Positions 1-10,248 of a DNA stretch of 64,000 nucleotides are shown here, piece after piece. The notes below the pieces were generated by a model that was not told the DNA's origin, ran no database searches, and saw only the letters and a program-made list of their open reading frames with translations. A program made the translations under genes and the position numbers. Source of the DNA: Bacteroidota bacterium (GTDB lineage Bacteria > Bacteroidota > Bacteroidia > AKYH767-A > OLB10); assembly GCA_031366005.1 (NCBI GenBank), contig JANLZB010000055.1:1179-65178 (forward strand), in the 5' to 3' direction. Positions within the stretch are counted from its first letter, which is position 1. Every line of letters begins with the position of its first letter.

Positions 1-721
1 CCAGCATATACCAGGTACCGATGGCACCAATGTATCCTAACACAAGTTGATCATCTGTTAAAGATAATTGGGCCCTTTTTTTTCTTGCAGCTTCCTGATC
101 AATTTTTGCAGGATCAAAATGATGAGTATCCACACAACATGGAATAACAGTGACAGGAGGGAGGGATTTATAATTCCATGATTTAATTATTTCACGTGCT
201 GATTCTGTGAGCGTGATAATATGATCAGCTGCCAACAACAACTGTTTCTCTTTTCGTTTAAAGAAATGATAGATGACAGCATACAAGGGATTATTCAAGT
301 TCCATATTTTTCCTTCTATACGTTCATCTGCCCAAAAACCACGCATATCAAAAATAAATTTGACGCTGAATTTTCCTTTTAATGATAAACCCACCAATGC
401 AGTTATGTAACTACGGCAATGTACTACCTCTATTTTTTTTTGCCTGCAGATTTTTTTTGCAGTATTCAATAAATTAACCAAATCCAAAAGAGTGGATAAT
501 ACAGGAGGTGATTTGTGGTAAATCAAGGGAATCCATTCAATATTATTTGCTGTTAATAATTGTGCTGTTTCAATTCTGTGTTTGTCAAATTGTATTTTTT
601 TTTCAAAGCTTATGATGGTAAATCTATATCCTTCATTACTTAATTTTATCAGGTAAGGTATTACCTGCGACTGACCGAGCTGATCAGTCATTCCATCATA
701 AGAAAGATAAAGGGATTGCAT
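1..721 (-). CDS. Glycosyltransferase family 4 (partial; runs off the left edge; not in the ORF track)
   Basis: Manual translation from ATG at 721 is stop-free to the edge: MQSLYLSYDGMTDQLGQSQVIPYL...VVHCRSYITAL...FIFDMRGFWADERIEG...VTVIPCCVD...LGYIGAIGTWYML, a typical GT4 N-terminal domain. Confidence 0.85.
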   Translation of the reverse strand, partial: MQSLYLSYDGMTDQLGQSQVIPYLIKLSNEGYRFTIISFEKKIQFDKHRIETAQLLTANNIEWIPLIYHKSPPVLSTLLDLVNLLNTAKKICRQKKIEVVHCRSYITALVGLSLKGKFSVKFIFDMRGFWADERIEGKIWNLNNPLYAVIYHFFKRKEKQLLLAADHIITLTESAREIIKSWNYKSLPPVTVIPCCVDTHHFDPAKIDQEAARKKRAQLSLTDDQLVLGYIGAIGTWYML

Positions 722-809
722 AATGAATGACGGCTGTAAAGTAAATCAATAAATTTGTCAGGCAATATGTTGCATAAAATATGGTTATCCTAAAGAATAA
801 AAATTTATA

Positions 810-2204
810 ATGCAATATTTTTCTATAGCTGATTTTATAATCGGCCCATTATTTATTGTTTTTGTTTATTTCTACGCACGCACCGTTCAAAAGCGCAAGA
901 TTGCAGATCATCCTGAATATCGCTACTACTTAAAAGGCTTATCAGTTAAAATTTTTGGAGGCCTTGCATTGGGTTTTATTTATGCTTTGTATTATGGTGG
1001 AGGTGATGCAACACAATATTATCATGATGCAGTTTGCATGGTTAAATTGCAGTTTAATAATCCAACCGCATTTTTCACGGTAATGACTGACGGGCTTAAC
1101 CCTGATAACCTGATGTATTTTAATAATGATACAGGTTACCCTACTTATTTTCGCGACTCCTATACTTTTTTTGTTGTGCGCGTTGTATGGCTGGCTGCAT
1201 TGCTGGGTTTAACAAGTTTTATAGGAGCCACCATCATGATGGCGTGGCTTTCATTCGAAGGTATATGGCGCTTGTACAAGGTCTTCATTTATGAATTTCC
1301 AATGTTAAGCCGCGAAATGGCCATTGCAGTACTTTTTATTCCCTCTGTATTTTTCTGGGGATCAGGAATTCTTAAAGACACCATAACATTAAGTTGTATC
1401 GGATATTTTACCTACAGCTTTCATGCATTGTTTATCAAAAGGGAGAGATACCTGAAAAATGCACTCATCATTTTTATTTCTTTTTATTTTATTTTATCCA
1501 TAAAGCCTTATCTCGTATTCGGGATTTTGCCGGGAGCTTTAATCTGGGTTAGCAGTGATCTTGTTGCGAGGTTAAAAGGTACAATGTTAAAGTTTGGTTC
1601 GGCTCCGCTGCTTTTAATAATTGCAGGAGTTTCTGGTTACCTGATGTTACTTTATCTTGGACAGGATTTAGGAAATTTTTCTCTTGACAAAGTGATGGAT
1701 CGCGCATTGATTACACAGCGCGATCTTAAAAGCGATTATTATCGTGGTAACTCATTTGATATTGGTGATTTCGAGCCTACAATTTCAGGTATGCTTTCAA
1801 AAGCACCAAAGGCAATTGCAGCTACACTTTTCAGACCTACATTGCTGGAAGTAAGAAATATTGTAATGGTTTTTTCAGGATTAGAAAATCTGGTTATTCT
1901 TTATTTTACAATCAAGTTGCTAATCAAGTTAAGAGTAATTGGTTTGTTCAGGTATTTTACCAAACATCATCTGCTCACATTTTCACTCTTATTCAGTTTG
2001 TTCCTTGCATTTGCCATAGGTATTTCAACTTCTAATTTTGGCAGCCTGGTGCGTTATAAAATACCTGCAATGCCATTTTATATAGCAAGTCTTTTTATTA
2101 TCAATTATTACGATAAACAGAGGGATAAAAAATTATTTAAAACAAAATATCTTGAAACACCAGAGGAAGAAAAAATTATTGAAGAAGAATCTATTGTTGC
2201 ATAA
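810..2204 (+). CDS. Polytopic membrane protein, putative polysaccharide polymerase (Wzy-like)
   Basis: About 10 hydrophobic segments; GGGDATQYY and FFWGSGILKDT motifs; C-terminal NFGSLVRYK; flanked by GT4 and asnB. Confidence 0.55.
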   Translation: MQYFSIADFIIGPLFIVFVYFYARTVQKRKIADHPEYRYYLKGLSVKIFGGLALGFIYALYYGGGDATQYYHDAVCMVKLQFNNPTAFFTVMTDGLNPDNLMYFNNDTGYPTYFRDSYTFFVVRVVWLAALLGLTSFIGATIMMAWLSFEGIWRLYKVFIYEFPMLSREMAIAVLFIPSVFFWGSGILKDTITLSCIGYFTYSFHALFIKRERYLKNALIIFISFYFILSIKPYLVFGILPGALIWVSSDLVARLKGTMLKFGSAPLLLIIAGVSGYLMLLYLGQDLGNFSLDKVMDRALITQRDLKSDYYRGNSFDIGDFEPTISGMLSKAPKAIAATLFRPTLLEVRNIVMVFSGLENLVILYFTIKLLIKLRVIGLFRYFTKHHLLTFSLLFSLFLAFAIGISTSNFGSLVRYKIPAMPFYIASLFIINYYDKQRDKKLFKTKYLETPEEEKIIEEESIVA

Positions 2205-2214
2205 CAAATAATAA

Positions 2215-4131
2215 TCAGTTAACATGTTTTTTCAGCCAGCGATGCAGCACAATCAACAACCATATCCTGTTAAATAGATATTCACTTCCATTTTCAAAAC
2301 GATAGAGTATGTCTTTTACAAAAGAATAACTCACCACCTTAAACTGGTTTATTACTTTTTCAGATAAATAGTCATCAATAAGATAATGCAATTCGTTAGA
2401 TAACCATTTATTGAGCGGGATGGCAAAGCCTTGTTTAGGACGGTCAAAAAACTTTTTTGGCAGATACTGATAAAGAATTTCTTTAAGTATGTATTTTGAA
2501 ATTCCGTTTTTAAATTTAAGAGCAGGTGATACGTTCAATGCCAGTTCAACCAGGCGATGATCTAAATAAGGAACACGTGTTTCAAGTGAATAATGCATAC
2601 TTGCCCGATCTACTTTAGTGAGCAAATCATCCTGCAAATAATATTCAAGATCAAACAAAGCCTGTGATTCCATTGGAGTGAGGCTGCGTTCTTTTACATT
2701 AAGAAATTCAGCAGGATCAGGTGTATCATGCGCACGAAGAAATTTTGGCATTTCTCCTTTTTCAAATGTGGCAGATGATTTATAAGGATCAATCAGCAGG
2801 TTTTTTAATTCAGAACGGCTGAAAAAATATTGTTCCTGTGAAAAAATATGACTCTGTAAAAAATCTTTCTCAGAATAATTAAGAAGCATACCCACACGCT
2901 GATAACGGTTAGCCAACTGTGATAACAAAGTAGAAACAGGTTTTCTGACTGCATGTAAAACAGGATTATTCATTCTCCGCGCCCAGCGATAAGCACCATA
3001 TCCAAAAAATAATTCATCTCCGCCTTCGCCACTTAGTGTAACGGTTACATATTGTTTTGCAAGCTTGGATACCAGCATGGTGGGGATGGATGACGAATCA
3101 CCAAATGGTTCATCATACATATCAAGTGCGGTATCAATCAGGTTGATGGCATCTTTATACGATACAATAAATTCATGATGGTCAGTTCCTAAATAACGTG
3201 CAATGGCTTTTGCATATTCTGATTCGTTGTGCGTATTTTCTTCGAAGCCAATGGAGAAGGTATTCACCTTAACACTGGAAAGTCCTACAGCTTGTGCAGT
3301 CACCAGGCTTGAGTCAATTCCACCACTGAGAAAAACGCCAAAGGGGACATCGCTCTTTAACTGGTATTGTACGGAGCTCATAATAAGATCGCTCAGCTTA
3401 ACAAGTGCCTGTTCTTTATCATGAATAACATTGTTATGTAATTTGCTTTTAAGATTCCAGTATTTACCTTTTTCAAGCCCATCGTGTGTAATCTTCATCC
3501 ATCCACCACTCTGCATTTTAAAAATATGCTTGTAAATAGTGTTGGGAGTAGGGATATAGCTCAAATGCAAAAAATCTGCGACAGCATCGGTATTAATTTC
3601 TTTTGGAATAGAATTAATTTTCTGCAGCGCTTTCAGTTCAGATGCAAACAAAAAATTTTTTCCATCCCAATAATAAAAAAGTGGTTTGATGCCAAGGCGA
3701 TCACGAAAGACATAAAGCTCATCTAACAGCTTATCATAAATTACAATTACGAACATGCCGTTGAGCTGATGAACAAAATCAACTCCATAATGAACAAAAG
3801 CTTCCAGAATTATTTCTGTATCGCTGGATGTTTTAAACTGAACTTCGTGTTGTTGCGATGTGATATTTTTTATTCGTGCACCAATCTCTGTGAAATTATA
3901 AACCTCACCATTAAATATTATTACATAACGACCGTTCAACGAAGTCATGGGCTGATTTGCACGTGATGAGAGATCAATAATACTGAGTCTTCTGTGACCA
4001 AAACCAACTGACTGATGTTCAAAATAACCATCAGCATTCGGTCCTCTGTGCTGCATGCAGGAGGTCATCAAATCTAAATCCGCACGGTTAAATTTTTTTT
4101 CTGTTGAATAATATCCGGCTAATCCGCACAT
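2215..4131 (-). CDS. asnB: Asparagine synthase (glutamine-hydrolysing), glycan-locus amidotransferase type
   Basis: N-terminal MCGLAG, HRGP, GHRRLSIIDLS, FNGEVYN, LSGGIDSS, SGEGGDELF, LTKVDRASM. Confidence 0.93.
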   Translation of the reverse strand: MCGLAGYYSTEKKFNRADLDLMTSCMQHRGPNADGYFEHQSVGFGHRRLSIIDLSSRANQPMTSLNGRYVIIFNGEVYNFTEIGARIKNITSQQHEVQFKTSSDTEIILEAFVHYGVDFVHQLNGMFVIVIYDKLLDELYVFRDRLGIKPLFYYWDGKNFLFASELKALQKINSIPKEINTDAVADFLHLSYIPTPNTIYKHIFKMQSGGWMKITHDGLEKGKYWNLKSKLHNNVIHDKEQALVKLSDLIMSSVQYQLKSDVPFGVFLSGGIDSSLVTAQAVGLSSVKVNTFSIGFEENTHNESEYAKAIARYLGTDHHEFIVSYKDAINLIDTALDMYDEPFGDSSSIPTMLVSKLAKQYVTVTLSGEGGDELFFGYGAYRWARRMNNPVLHAVRKPVSTLLSQLANRYQRVGMLLNYSEKDFLQSHIFSQEQYFFSRSELKNLLIDPYKSSATFEKGEMPKFLRAHDTPDPAEFLNVKERSLTPMESQALFDLEYYLQDDLLTKVDRASMHYSLETRVPYLDHRLVELALNVSPALKFKNGISKYILKEILYQYLPKKFFDRPKQGFAIPLNKWLSNELHYLIDDYLSEKVINQFKVVSYSFVKDILYRFENGSEYLFNRIWLLIVLHRWLKKHVN

Positions 4132-4138
4132 AATTTAT

Positions 4139-5041
4139 TTATGCATTTTTTATAAAAGCACCTTTTAACGTATCGCCTTTGCCGGATAGTGTCAATATGC
4201 TGTTAATTATTTTTTTTGCTAATGCAAAAAGTTTTTTACTCTCTGTTTTTTCACGCAGCGACTCATCATTATTGATGATAGTATTCATCCACTCATTATT
4301 ACTGCGCTGTGTGAAACGGTTCATGCTGATTCCTGTTGTTTTTATGAACACTTTATTAAATCCTGTTTGTCTGAATAGCCGCGCTAAAGTAGAAGAAGTA
4401 TAATAACACAAATGTTCAGGGTATTCAATGATACTCCATTTCTCTTTCAGTATTAATCGCGATAAGGAATTAAAATTAGGAGTGGTGAGGTAAACCAATC
4501 CTCCCTTGCGTAATAAATAATTGAAGTTGCTGATTTCTTCAATAGGATTATTTATGTGTTCGAGCACTTCGATAGAGCATATCACGTCAAATTTTATACC
4601 TCCAAAATCTGCAGGGTTTAATTTTCCCTGGAACATATTGATGGCTTTCTTTTTACAAATATCAATTGCAGTGTCAGTATATTCTGTGCCGTAAACATTC
4701 CATCCTTTATTTTTTGCTTCTGTTAAGAAATGACCATTACCACATCCAACGTCAAGGATATTTCCGTTTTCACGATAAGTCTCAAAAAATTCCAGTAACT
4801 CACTGTAACGTTTCAATGTAATAGCAGAAATTTTTTCATTGCGCGGATAGGTATTATAATGGGCAAGTAATTCCTGTTCAGCAGGAATTTTACTACAGAA
4901 GACAAAACCGCAACTGCTGCATTTTACCAGATAAGCGTTTGAGTAACGAATCAGCTTAGTTAATTCAGGATTATTGCAAATTAAACAAAGCTCATGCTGC
5001 TGCATGATTGATTGCGTGGTTGCCTGTAGGGGTGACTGCAT
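4139..5041 (-). CDS. Class I SAM-dependent methyltransferase with N-terminal Cys (Zn) motif
   Basis: CLIC...KCSSCG, ILDVGCGNG, EVLEHINNP, TPN, PEHLCYY. Confidence 0.85.
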   Translation of the reverse strand: MQSPLQATTQSIMQQHELCLICNNPELTKLIRYSNAYLVKCSSCGFVFCSKIPAEQELLAHYNTYPRNEKISAITLKRYSELLEFFETYRENGNILDVGCGNGHFLTEAKNKGWNVYGTEYTDTAIDICKKKAINMFQGKLNPADFGGIKFDVICSIEVLEHINNPIEEISNFNYLLRKGGLVYLTTPNFNSLSRLILKEKWSIIEYPEHLCYYTSSTLARLFRQTGFNKVFIKTTGISMNRFTQRSNNEWMNTIINNDESLREKTESKKLFALAKKIINSILTLSGKGDTLKGAFIKNA

Positions 5042-5097
5042 TAAATAACGGGAAGTATTTTATTACACACAAATCTAAAGAGTGGAATGTTATCTCC

Positions 5098-6090
5098 TCA
5101 AAATAACTTCTCACACAAATCAACAAGACGTGTTGAATAACCCATTTCATTATCATACCAACCCACTACTTTCACCATACGATCTAAAACAGAAGTGAGT
5201 TGAGCATCGAAAATGCAGGAGTGTGTATTACCGATGATGTCAACAGATACGATTGGATCTTCAGTATATTCAAGAATTCCTTTCATTAAGTTTTGAGAAG
5301 CATTTTTAAAAAGCTGATTGATTTCCTGAACAGAAGCAGTTTTTTTTAACATGCATGTAATATCGGTGATAGATCCGTTGATCACCGGAACACGAATTCC
5401 CGCACCGCCTAATTTTCCTTTTAAATGTGGAAACACATCTGCAATGGCTTTGGCAGCTCCTGTGGTGGTGGGAATAATGGAATGTGCAGCAGCTCTTGCT
5501 CTTCTTAAATCTTTGTGTGGTCCGTCATGTAAATTCTGATCACCTGTATAAGAATGTATAGTTGTGATATAAGCAGTTTCAATTCCATAAGCATCATCCA
5601 GAATTTTTATCATGGGTGCCGCATTGTTCGTTGTGCATGATGCATTTGAAATAACCTCTTCAGTTTTATCAATCAAATGATCATTTACTCCTAATACAAT
5701 TGTTTTTAATTCGCCTGATGCAGGAGCAGATATGATTACTTTTTTTGCTCCGGCCGCCACATGCGCTTTCGCATCTTCTGCTTTGGTAAACTTTCCTGTT
5801 GATTCAATCACTACATCAACCATTAATTTTTTCCATGGAAGATTTTTTGGTTCTTTCTCCGCTGTAACCGGCACTTTTATTCCATTCACAATTATATTGT
5901 GTTCATCACTGGTTATCTCCGCCTTGAAAATTCCATGCACTGAGTCATACTTCAATAAATGTGCAAGTGTAGAGGTGATCGTAAGGTCATTGATTGCGAC
6001 TACTTCAAATGATGGATGTATAATTAATTTTTTAAAAACAGTGCGTCCGATTCTTCCGAATCCATTAATGGCAACTTTTATTTTTGACAT
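5098..6090 (-). CDS. gap: Type I glyceraldehyde-3-phosphate dehydrogenase
   Basis: AINGFGRIGR, SNASCTTN catalytic motif, WYDNEMGYS. Confidence 0.97.
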   Translation of the reverse strand: MSKIKVAINGFGRIGRTVFKKLIIHPSFEVVAINDLTITSTLAHLLKYDSVHGIFKAEITSDEHNIIVNGIKVPVTAEKEPKNLPWKKLMVDVVIESTGKFTKAEDAKAHVAAGAKKVIISAPASGELKTIVLGVNDHLIDKTEEVISNASCTTNNAAPMIKILDDAYGIETAYITTIHSYTGDQNLHDGPHKDLRRARAAAHSIIPTTTGAAKAIADVFPHLKGKLGGAGIRVPVINGSITDITCMLKKTASVQEINQLFKNASQNLMKGILEYTEDPIVSVDIIGNTHSCIFDAQLTSVLDRMVKVVGWYDNEMGYSTRLVDLCEKLF

Positions 6091-6147
6091 ATATTAATTG
6101 TTGATGTTTGTGAGATGCTTCCTTCGTAAGCATAATAAAACACTGAG

Positions 6148-7026
6148 TTAAAACAAATGTTTTTCTGCATGATAAGAGGACCTCACCAAAGGTCCGCTTT
6201 CAACATATCTGAATCCTTTTGATAAGGCAATTTCTTTATAACGGGCAAAACGATCAGGATGTACAAACTCTGATACTAATAAATGCTGTTTAGTAGGTTG
6301 AAGATATTGACCAAGGGTTAGAATATCAACACCTGAATTTTTAAGATCATCCAATGTCTCTAAAACTTCCTCATCTGTTTCACCTAATCCAAGCATCACT
6401 CCTGATTTGGTTCTTACTCCGCTTGCTTTTATACGTTTCAATACTTCAAGACTGCGATCATATTTTGCCTGAACACGCACTTGCTTAGTCAGTCTTCTCA
6501 CTGTTTCAAGATTGTGAGAAATCACTTCCGGTTTTTCATCAGTTACACGTTGAAGGTTTTCCCATTTCCCTGCAAAATCAGGAATTAATGTTTCCAGTGT
6601 TGTGCCGGGGCTTAACTCGCGTATAGCACGAATCGTTTCAACCCATATAAAAGAGCCGCCATCTTTTAAATCATCACGATCAACAGAAGTTACCACACAA
6701 TGTTTTACATTCATTAACTTAACTGAATTGGCAACGCGCATGGGTTCATTCATATCCACCGCGGAAGGACGACCTGTAGCCACAGCACAGAATCCGCAGG
6801 AACGAGTACACACATTTCCCAGTATCATAAAAGTGGCAGTGCCAGCTCCCCAGCATTCGCCCATATTAGGACAATTACCGCTTTCGCAGATAGTATGTAA
6901 TTTATTTTCTGAAACAAGATTGCGCACCTTACGGTATTCTTCTCCTGTGGGAAGTTTTACTTTAAGCCACGATGGTTTCTTTGGTTTTTCTTCAGGCATT
7001 GTTGCCACTTCAATCACTTCAGGCAT
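6148..7026 (-). CDS. lipA: Lipoyl synthase
   Basis: [26 protein letters not shown]. Confidence 0.97.
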   Translation of the reverse strand: MPEVIEVATMPEEKPKKPSWLKVKLPTGEEYRKVRNLVSENKLHTICESGNCPNMGECWGAGTATFMILGNVCTRSCGFCAVATGRPSAVDMNEPMRVANSVKLMNVKHCVVTSVDRDDLKDGGSFIWVETIRAIRELSPGTTLETLIPDFAGKWENLQRVTDEKPEVISHNLETVRRLTKQVRVQAKYDRSLEVLKRIKASGVRTKSGVMLGLGETDEEVLETLDDLKNSGVDILTLGQYLQPTKQHLLVSEFVHPDRFARYKEIALSKGFRYVESGPLVRSSYHAEKHLF

Positions 7027-7048
7027 TATAAAAAATTATGCGGTAAAA

Positions 7049-7879
7049 TTACCACTTCCTGCCGTAAATCAGGGTGAAATAAAATGTGAGAAAAAATTGT
7101 TTGTTTGGTTTATGATAGGGATCCCATTTATCCTTACCATCAAGTATTCCATTATTATCTGAATCAACCTGCACTGCCATTATTGGAATTCTCCTGGGAT
7201 AGGCATCTAAAGAAGCTCCCACTTCGATGGCTTTAATGTCCTCATGAAAGGGAGCATATTCAAAGTTGAAACCCACTTTGGCATAACCTCCGGGATGAAA
7301 CTTTATTTCATCCAAACCTTGTGTAAAAGAAGCCCGGCCATAAATATTTTCAGGATTATGATTTTGATTATTCGGATCATATTTCTCTGTGACAACATCA
7401 TATAAACCACTGTTAGGTGGCTCTTCTGTAAGGATTTCAAGATACACAGGTTTAGTGATACCGAGCGAAAGTCCACCCATGTATATAAAACGCACTTCCA
7501 CTCCGGTTCTGTCGGCTTTACTGTACAATGTTTTCCTTGCTCCTGCGGAAGCGCGAATAATATTGAATGTATTAAGCTTACCAAAAAAATAAGATTTTGA
7601 ATTTTCAAAGAACGGATTTATAACTCTCCTTTCCTTAGGATGTTTCATGCTTACAAACTGCGCTTCAAACATCAATTTCTTAAAGCCGGTGATATTCCGC
7701 CCACGTTTTACTTCAAAACCCCATCCACTTGTATGAAGAGTTACACCAAAACTCATTTCCTGCCTGAGTAATATTGGTTTTTCTTCCTGGTATTCATTAG
7801 GATTGGTTTGTGAATATGCGCTTTGCAGAGCAAGAAAAAAAACACTTATTAAGAATAATTTTTGCCAGGAAAACATCAC
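7049..7879 (-). CDS. Conserved hypothetical exported / outer-membrane protein
   Basis: Signal peptide ending AYS-Q; alternating beta-strand pattern; aromatic-rich C-terminus FYFTLIYGRKW. Probable start is ATG 7876. Confidence 0.6.
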   Translation of the reverse strand: MMFSWQKLFLISVFFLALQSAYSQTNPNEYQEEKPILLRQEMSFGVTLHTSGWGFEVKRGRNITGFKKLMFEAQFVSMKHPKERRVINPFFENSKSYFFGKLNTFNIIRASAGARKTLYSKADRTGVEVRFIYMGGLSLGITKPVYLEILTEEPPNSGLYDVVTEKYDPNNQNHNPENIYGRASFTQGLDEIKFHPGGYAKVGFNFEYAPFHEDIKAIEVGASLDAYPRRIPIMAVQVDSDNNGILDGKDKWDPYHKPNKQFFLTFYFTLIYGRKW

Positions 7880-7976
7880 ACAAATATATGGCTTAATACG
7901 AAAATATTATACCATTCATTTTTTAGGTTCGGTAAGTAATCTGTAAACAAAGTAAGTTTGTTTCAAATTTAAAAAC

Positions 7977-8384
7977 ATGGCAACAGCGGAGACTGTTTAT
8001 CTCGGAGAATTAAGAACCAGATCTAAGCATTTACAATCAGGAGTTGAAATTATTACTGATGCCCCACTTGACAATCAAGGTAAAGGAGAAGCTTTTTCAC
8101 CAACTGATTTGTTAGCATCTTCATTGGGAAGTTGCATGCTTACTATAATGGGAATTGCGGCACGCACCCATAAATTTAATATTGAAGGAACAAATATTGA
8201 AATAACAAAAGTGATGGCAGCCAATCCTCGCAGAGTGGCAGAAGTGCATGTTCATTTCACAATGCCTCCGTTAACTTATACTGAACAGCAGAAGAAAATT
8301 CTATACATCGCAGCAACTACTTGCCCCGTTGCTTTAAGCATTCATCCTGATATAAAACAAATAGTGGATTTTGTTTACAAATAA
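7977..8384 (+). CDS. OsmC family protein
   Basis: TDAPLDNQGKGEAFSPTDLLASSLGSC...TCPVALS. Confidence 0.92.
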   Translation: MATAETVYLGELRTRSKHLQSGVEIITDAPLDNQGKGEAFSPTDLLASSLGSCMLTIMGIAARTHKFNIEGTNIEITKVMAANPRRVAEVHVHFTMPPLTYTEQQKKILYIAATTCPVALSIHPDIKQIVDFVYK

Positions 8385-8393
8385 TAGTTTAAT

Positions 8394-8448
8394 AGTTTAA
8401 AGTCTAAAGTCACATGCGCAACCAACTTTAAACTTTAGACTTTAAACT
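8394..8448. repeat. Perfect 17-bp inverted repeat built from ACTTTA(A/G) heptamers
   Basis: agtttaaagtctaaagt (8394-8410) and actttagactttaaact (8432-8448), with a third unit actttaa at 8425-8431. Confidence 0.9.
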
Positions 8449-8464
8449 CATTTATCTTTACCTC

Positions 8465-8941
8465 ATGAATCCTGAACAAATTGAGTTTATGCGTGAAGCC
8501 ATCCGGCTTTCTAAAGAAGGTATGACCAATGGATATGGAGGTCCGTTTGGCGCAGTGGTGGTGAAGGATGGAAAAATTGTTGGTCGGGGATATAACAAAG
8601 TAACTTCAACCAACGATCCTACTGCACATGCGGAAGTAGTTGCCATACGTGATGCATGTAAAAATCTTGAAACATTCCAGCTGGAAGGTTGTGATATTTA
8701 TACAAGCTGTGAACCTTGCCCGATGTGTATGGGTGCAATCTACTGGGCTCGTCCATCCAATGTTTATTTCGGCTGCACACGTGAAGATGCTGCTAAAATC
8801 GGTTTTGATGATTCCTATATTTATAATGAATTAAAACTGGATATTGCAGAAAGAGGAATACCACTTAATAATTTTTCACGAGAAGAAGCATTGATTGTTT
8901 TTGATGAGTGGGAGAGGAAAGAGAATAAAACGAAGTATTGA
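8465..8941 (+). CDS. Nucleoside/guanine deaminase (CDA/TadA fold)
   Basis: GGPFGAVVV, DPTAHAEVVAIR, YTSCEPCPMC, WAR. Confidence 0.9.
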   Translation: MNPEQIEFMREAIRLSKEGMTNGYGGPFGAVVVKDGKIVGRGYNKVTSTNDPTAHAEVVAIRDACKNLETFQLEGCDIYTSCEPCPMCMGAIYWARPSNVYFGCTREDAAKIGFDDSYIYNELKLDIAERGIPLNNFSREEALIVFDEWERKENKTKY

Positions 8942-8943
8942 AT

Positions 8944-10170
8944 TCAATCAAACCGCAACACCTTCACCGGAGAAATTTTTGCAACAACAGCAGAGGGAAT
9001 AATTAACATTAAAGTGCAAATCAAAATTGCTCCACCATTTATCAGTAACCATCCGGTGACAGTAAAATTAATTGGTACCACGGGCATGTAATACGATTCC
9101 TGATCTAATTTAATTAAACCGAAATGATGTTGAATCCAACCTAATCCCAATCCTATCACATTGCCCCAGAAAGCACCTTGTAAAATAATATAACCTGCAA
9201 GATAAATAAACATTTTGCGTAAGCTTTTATCCTTCGCTCCCAATGCTTTCAGCAAACCGATGGAAGTGGTGTTTTCAAGAATTAAAATCAGCAATGTAGA
9301 AATCATGGCAATAGACGAAACCATCACCATTAATGTGATGATGATTACTACGTTGATATTTTGCAACTCAAGCCAGTTAAAAATCTGTGGGTATAATTCA
9401 GTCGCTGTTTTGGTATTGTATTGAAAACCGATGCTTTGATAAATGGCTGCTGCGGTTTCGTTCACTTTGCTGTAATCATCTACAAAAATTTCATAACCAC
9501 CAATTTGTTTTGCAGTCCAATCATTGAGGGATTGAATTTGTCTTATATCGCATAGAATAAAAATATTGTCAAACTCATCTGACAATCCGGTATTGTAAAT
9601 TCCGCTTACTTCAAATTTCCTGATTTTTTTTCCCTGCTGAATAAAAAACACGAGAAAGCTATCGTGCAATTTGAGATTTAATTTACGGCTGATGTTAGCT
9701 GATATGATTACTTTTTTTGTGGAAGTATCATTGGATAAGTGCAACACATCTCCTTCCACCATCTTATCTTTAAAAAAACTCCAGTCAAAATCTTTATCTA
9801 TTCCTTTCAGTACGATACCTTGTAATTCGGTTTGTGTTTTTAGAATACCAGCTTTGGTTGCGTAAGTCTGAATATGTTTTACACCGCTTACTTTTTTAAC
9901 CTGTTGTTCAAGAATATTATTTATGTCTAATGGCGCTTCTTCAAATGAACTGTTGTTATCAAAAATGGTGATGCGGATATGAGAAACAAAGCCGGTGACT
10001 TTCTTTGAAATTTCATTGCGAAAACCGGTTACAATCATCACAGCTACAATCATCACAGCAATGCCCAGGGCAACACTGGTGATAGCTGCACGGATTACAG
10101 GTTTGTTAAACCTGCCAGTATTGCTTCCTCCGCTTATGAATTTTTTGGCTATGTAATACTCGTAACGCAT
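8944..10170 (-). CDS. LolC/E (FtsX-like) ABC transporter permease
   Basis: YYIAKKFI start, TM helix, periplasmic domain, IGLLKALGA, YYMPVVP, ISPVKVLRFD. Confidence 0.88.
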   Translation of the reverse strand: MRYEYYIAKKFISGGSNTGRFNKPVIRAAITSVALGIAVMIVAVMIVTGFRNEISKKVTGFVSHIRITIFDNNSSFEEAPLDINNILEQQVKKVSGVKHIQTYATKAGILKTQTELQGIVLKGIDKDFDWSFFKDKMVEGDVLHLSNDTSTKKVIISANISRKLNLKLHDSFLVFFIQQGKKIRKFEVSGIYNTGLSDEFDNIFILCDIRQIQSLNDWTAKQIGGYEIFVDDYSKVNETAAAIYQSIGFQYNTKTATELYPQIFNWLELQNINVVIIITLMVMVSSIAMISTLLILILENTTSIGLLKALGAKDKSLRKMFIYLAGYIILQGAFWGNVIGLGLGWIQHHFGLIKLDQESYYMPVVPINFTVTGWLLINGGAILICTLMLIIPSAVVAKISPVKVLRFD

Positions 10171-10248
10171 CTCAGTTATTCACAAAAATGGACTAAATTT
10201 TTTTCTTTGAATGTATCTTCAAAAAAAAGTTGTTTAACACTGTAACCT

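Noticed and set aside
400-610. Frameshifts in the GT4 homopolymer runs
   Set aside because: Counting the 8-9 nt T runs shows the frame is intact. The ORF is absent from the track only because it leaves the window.
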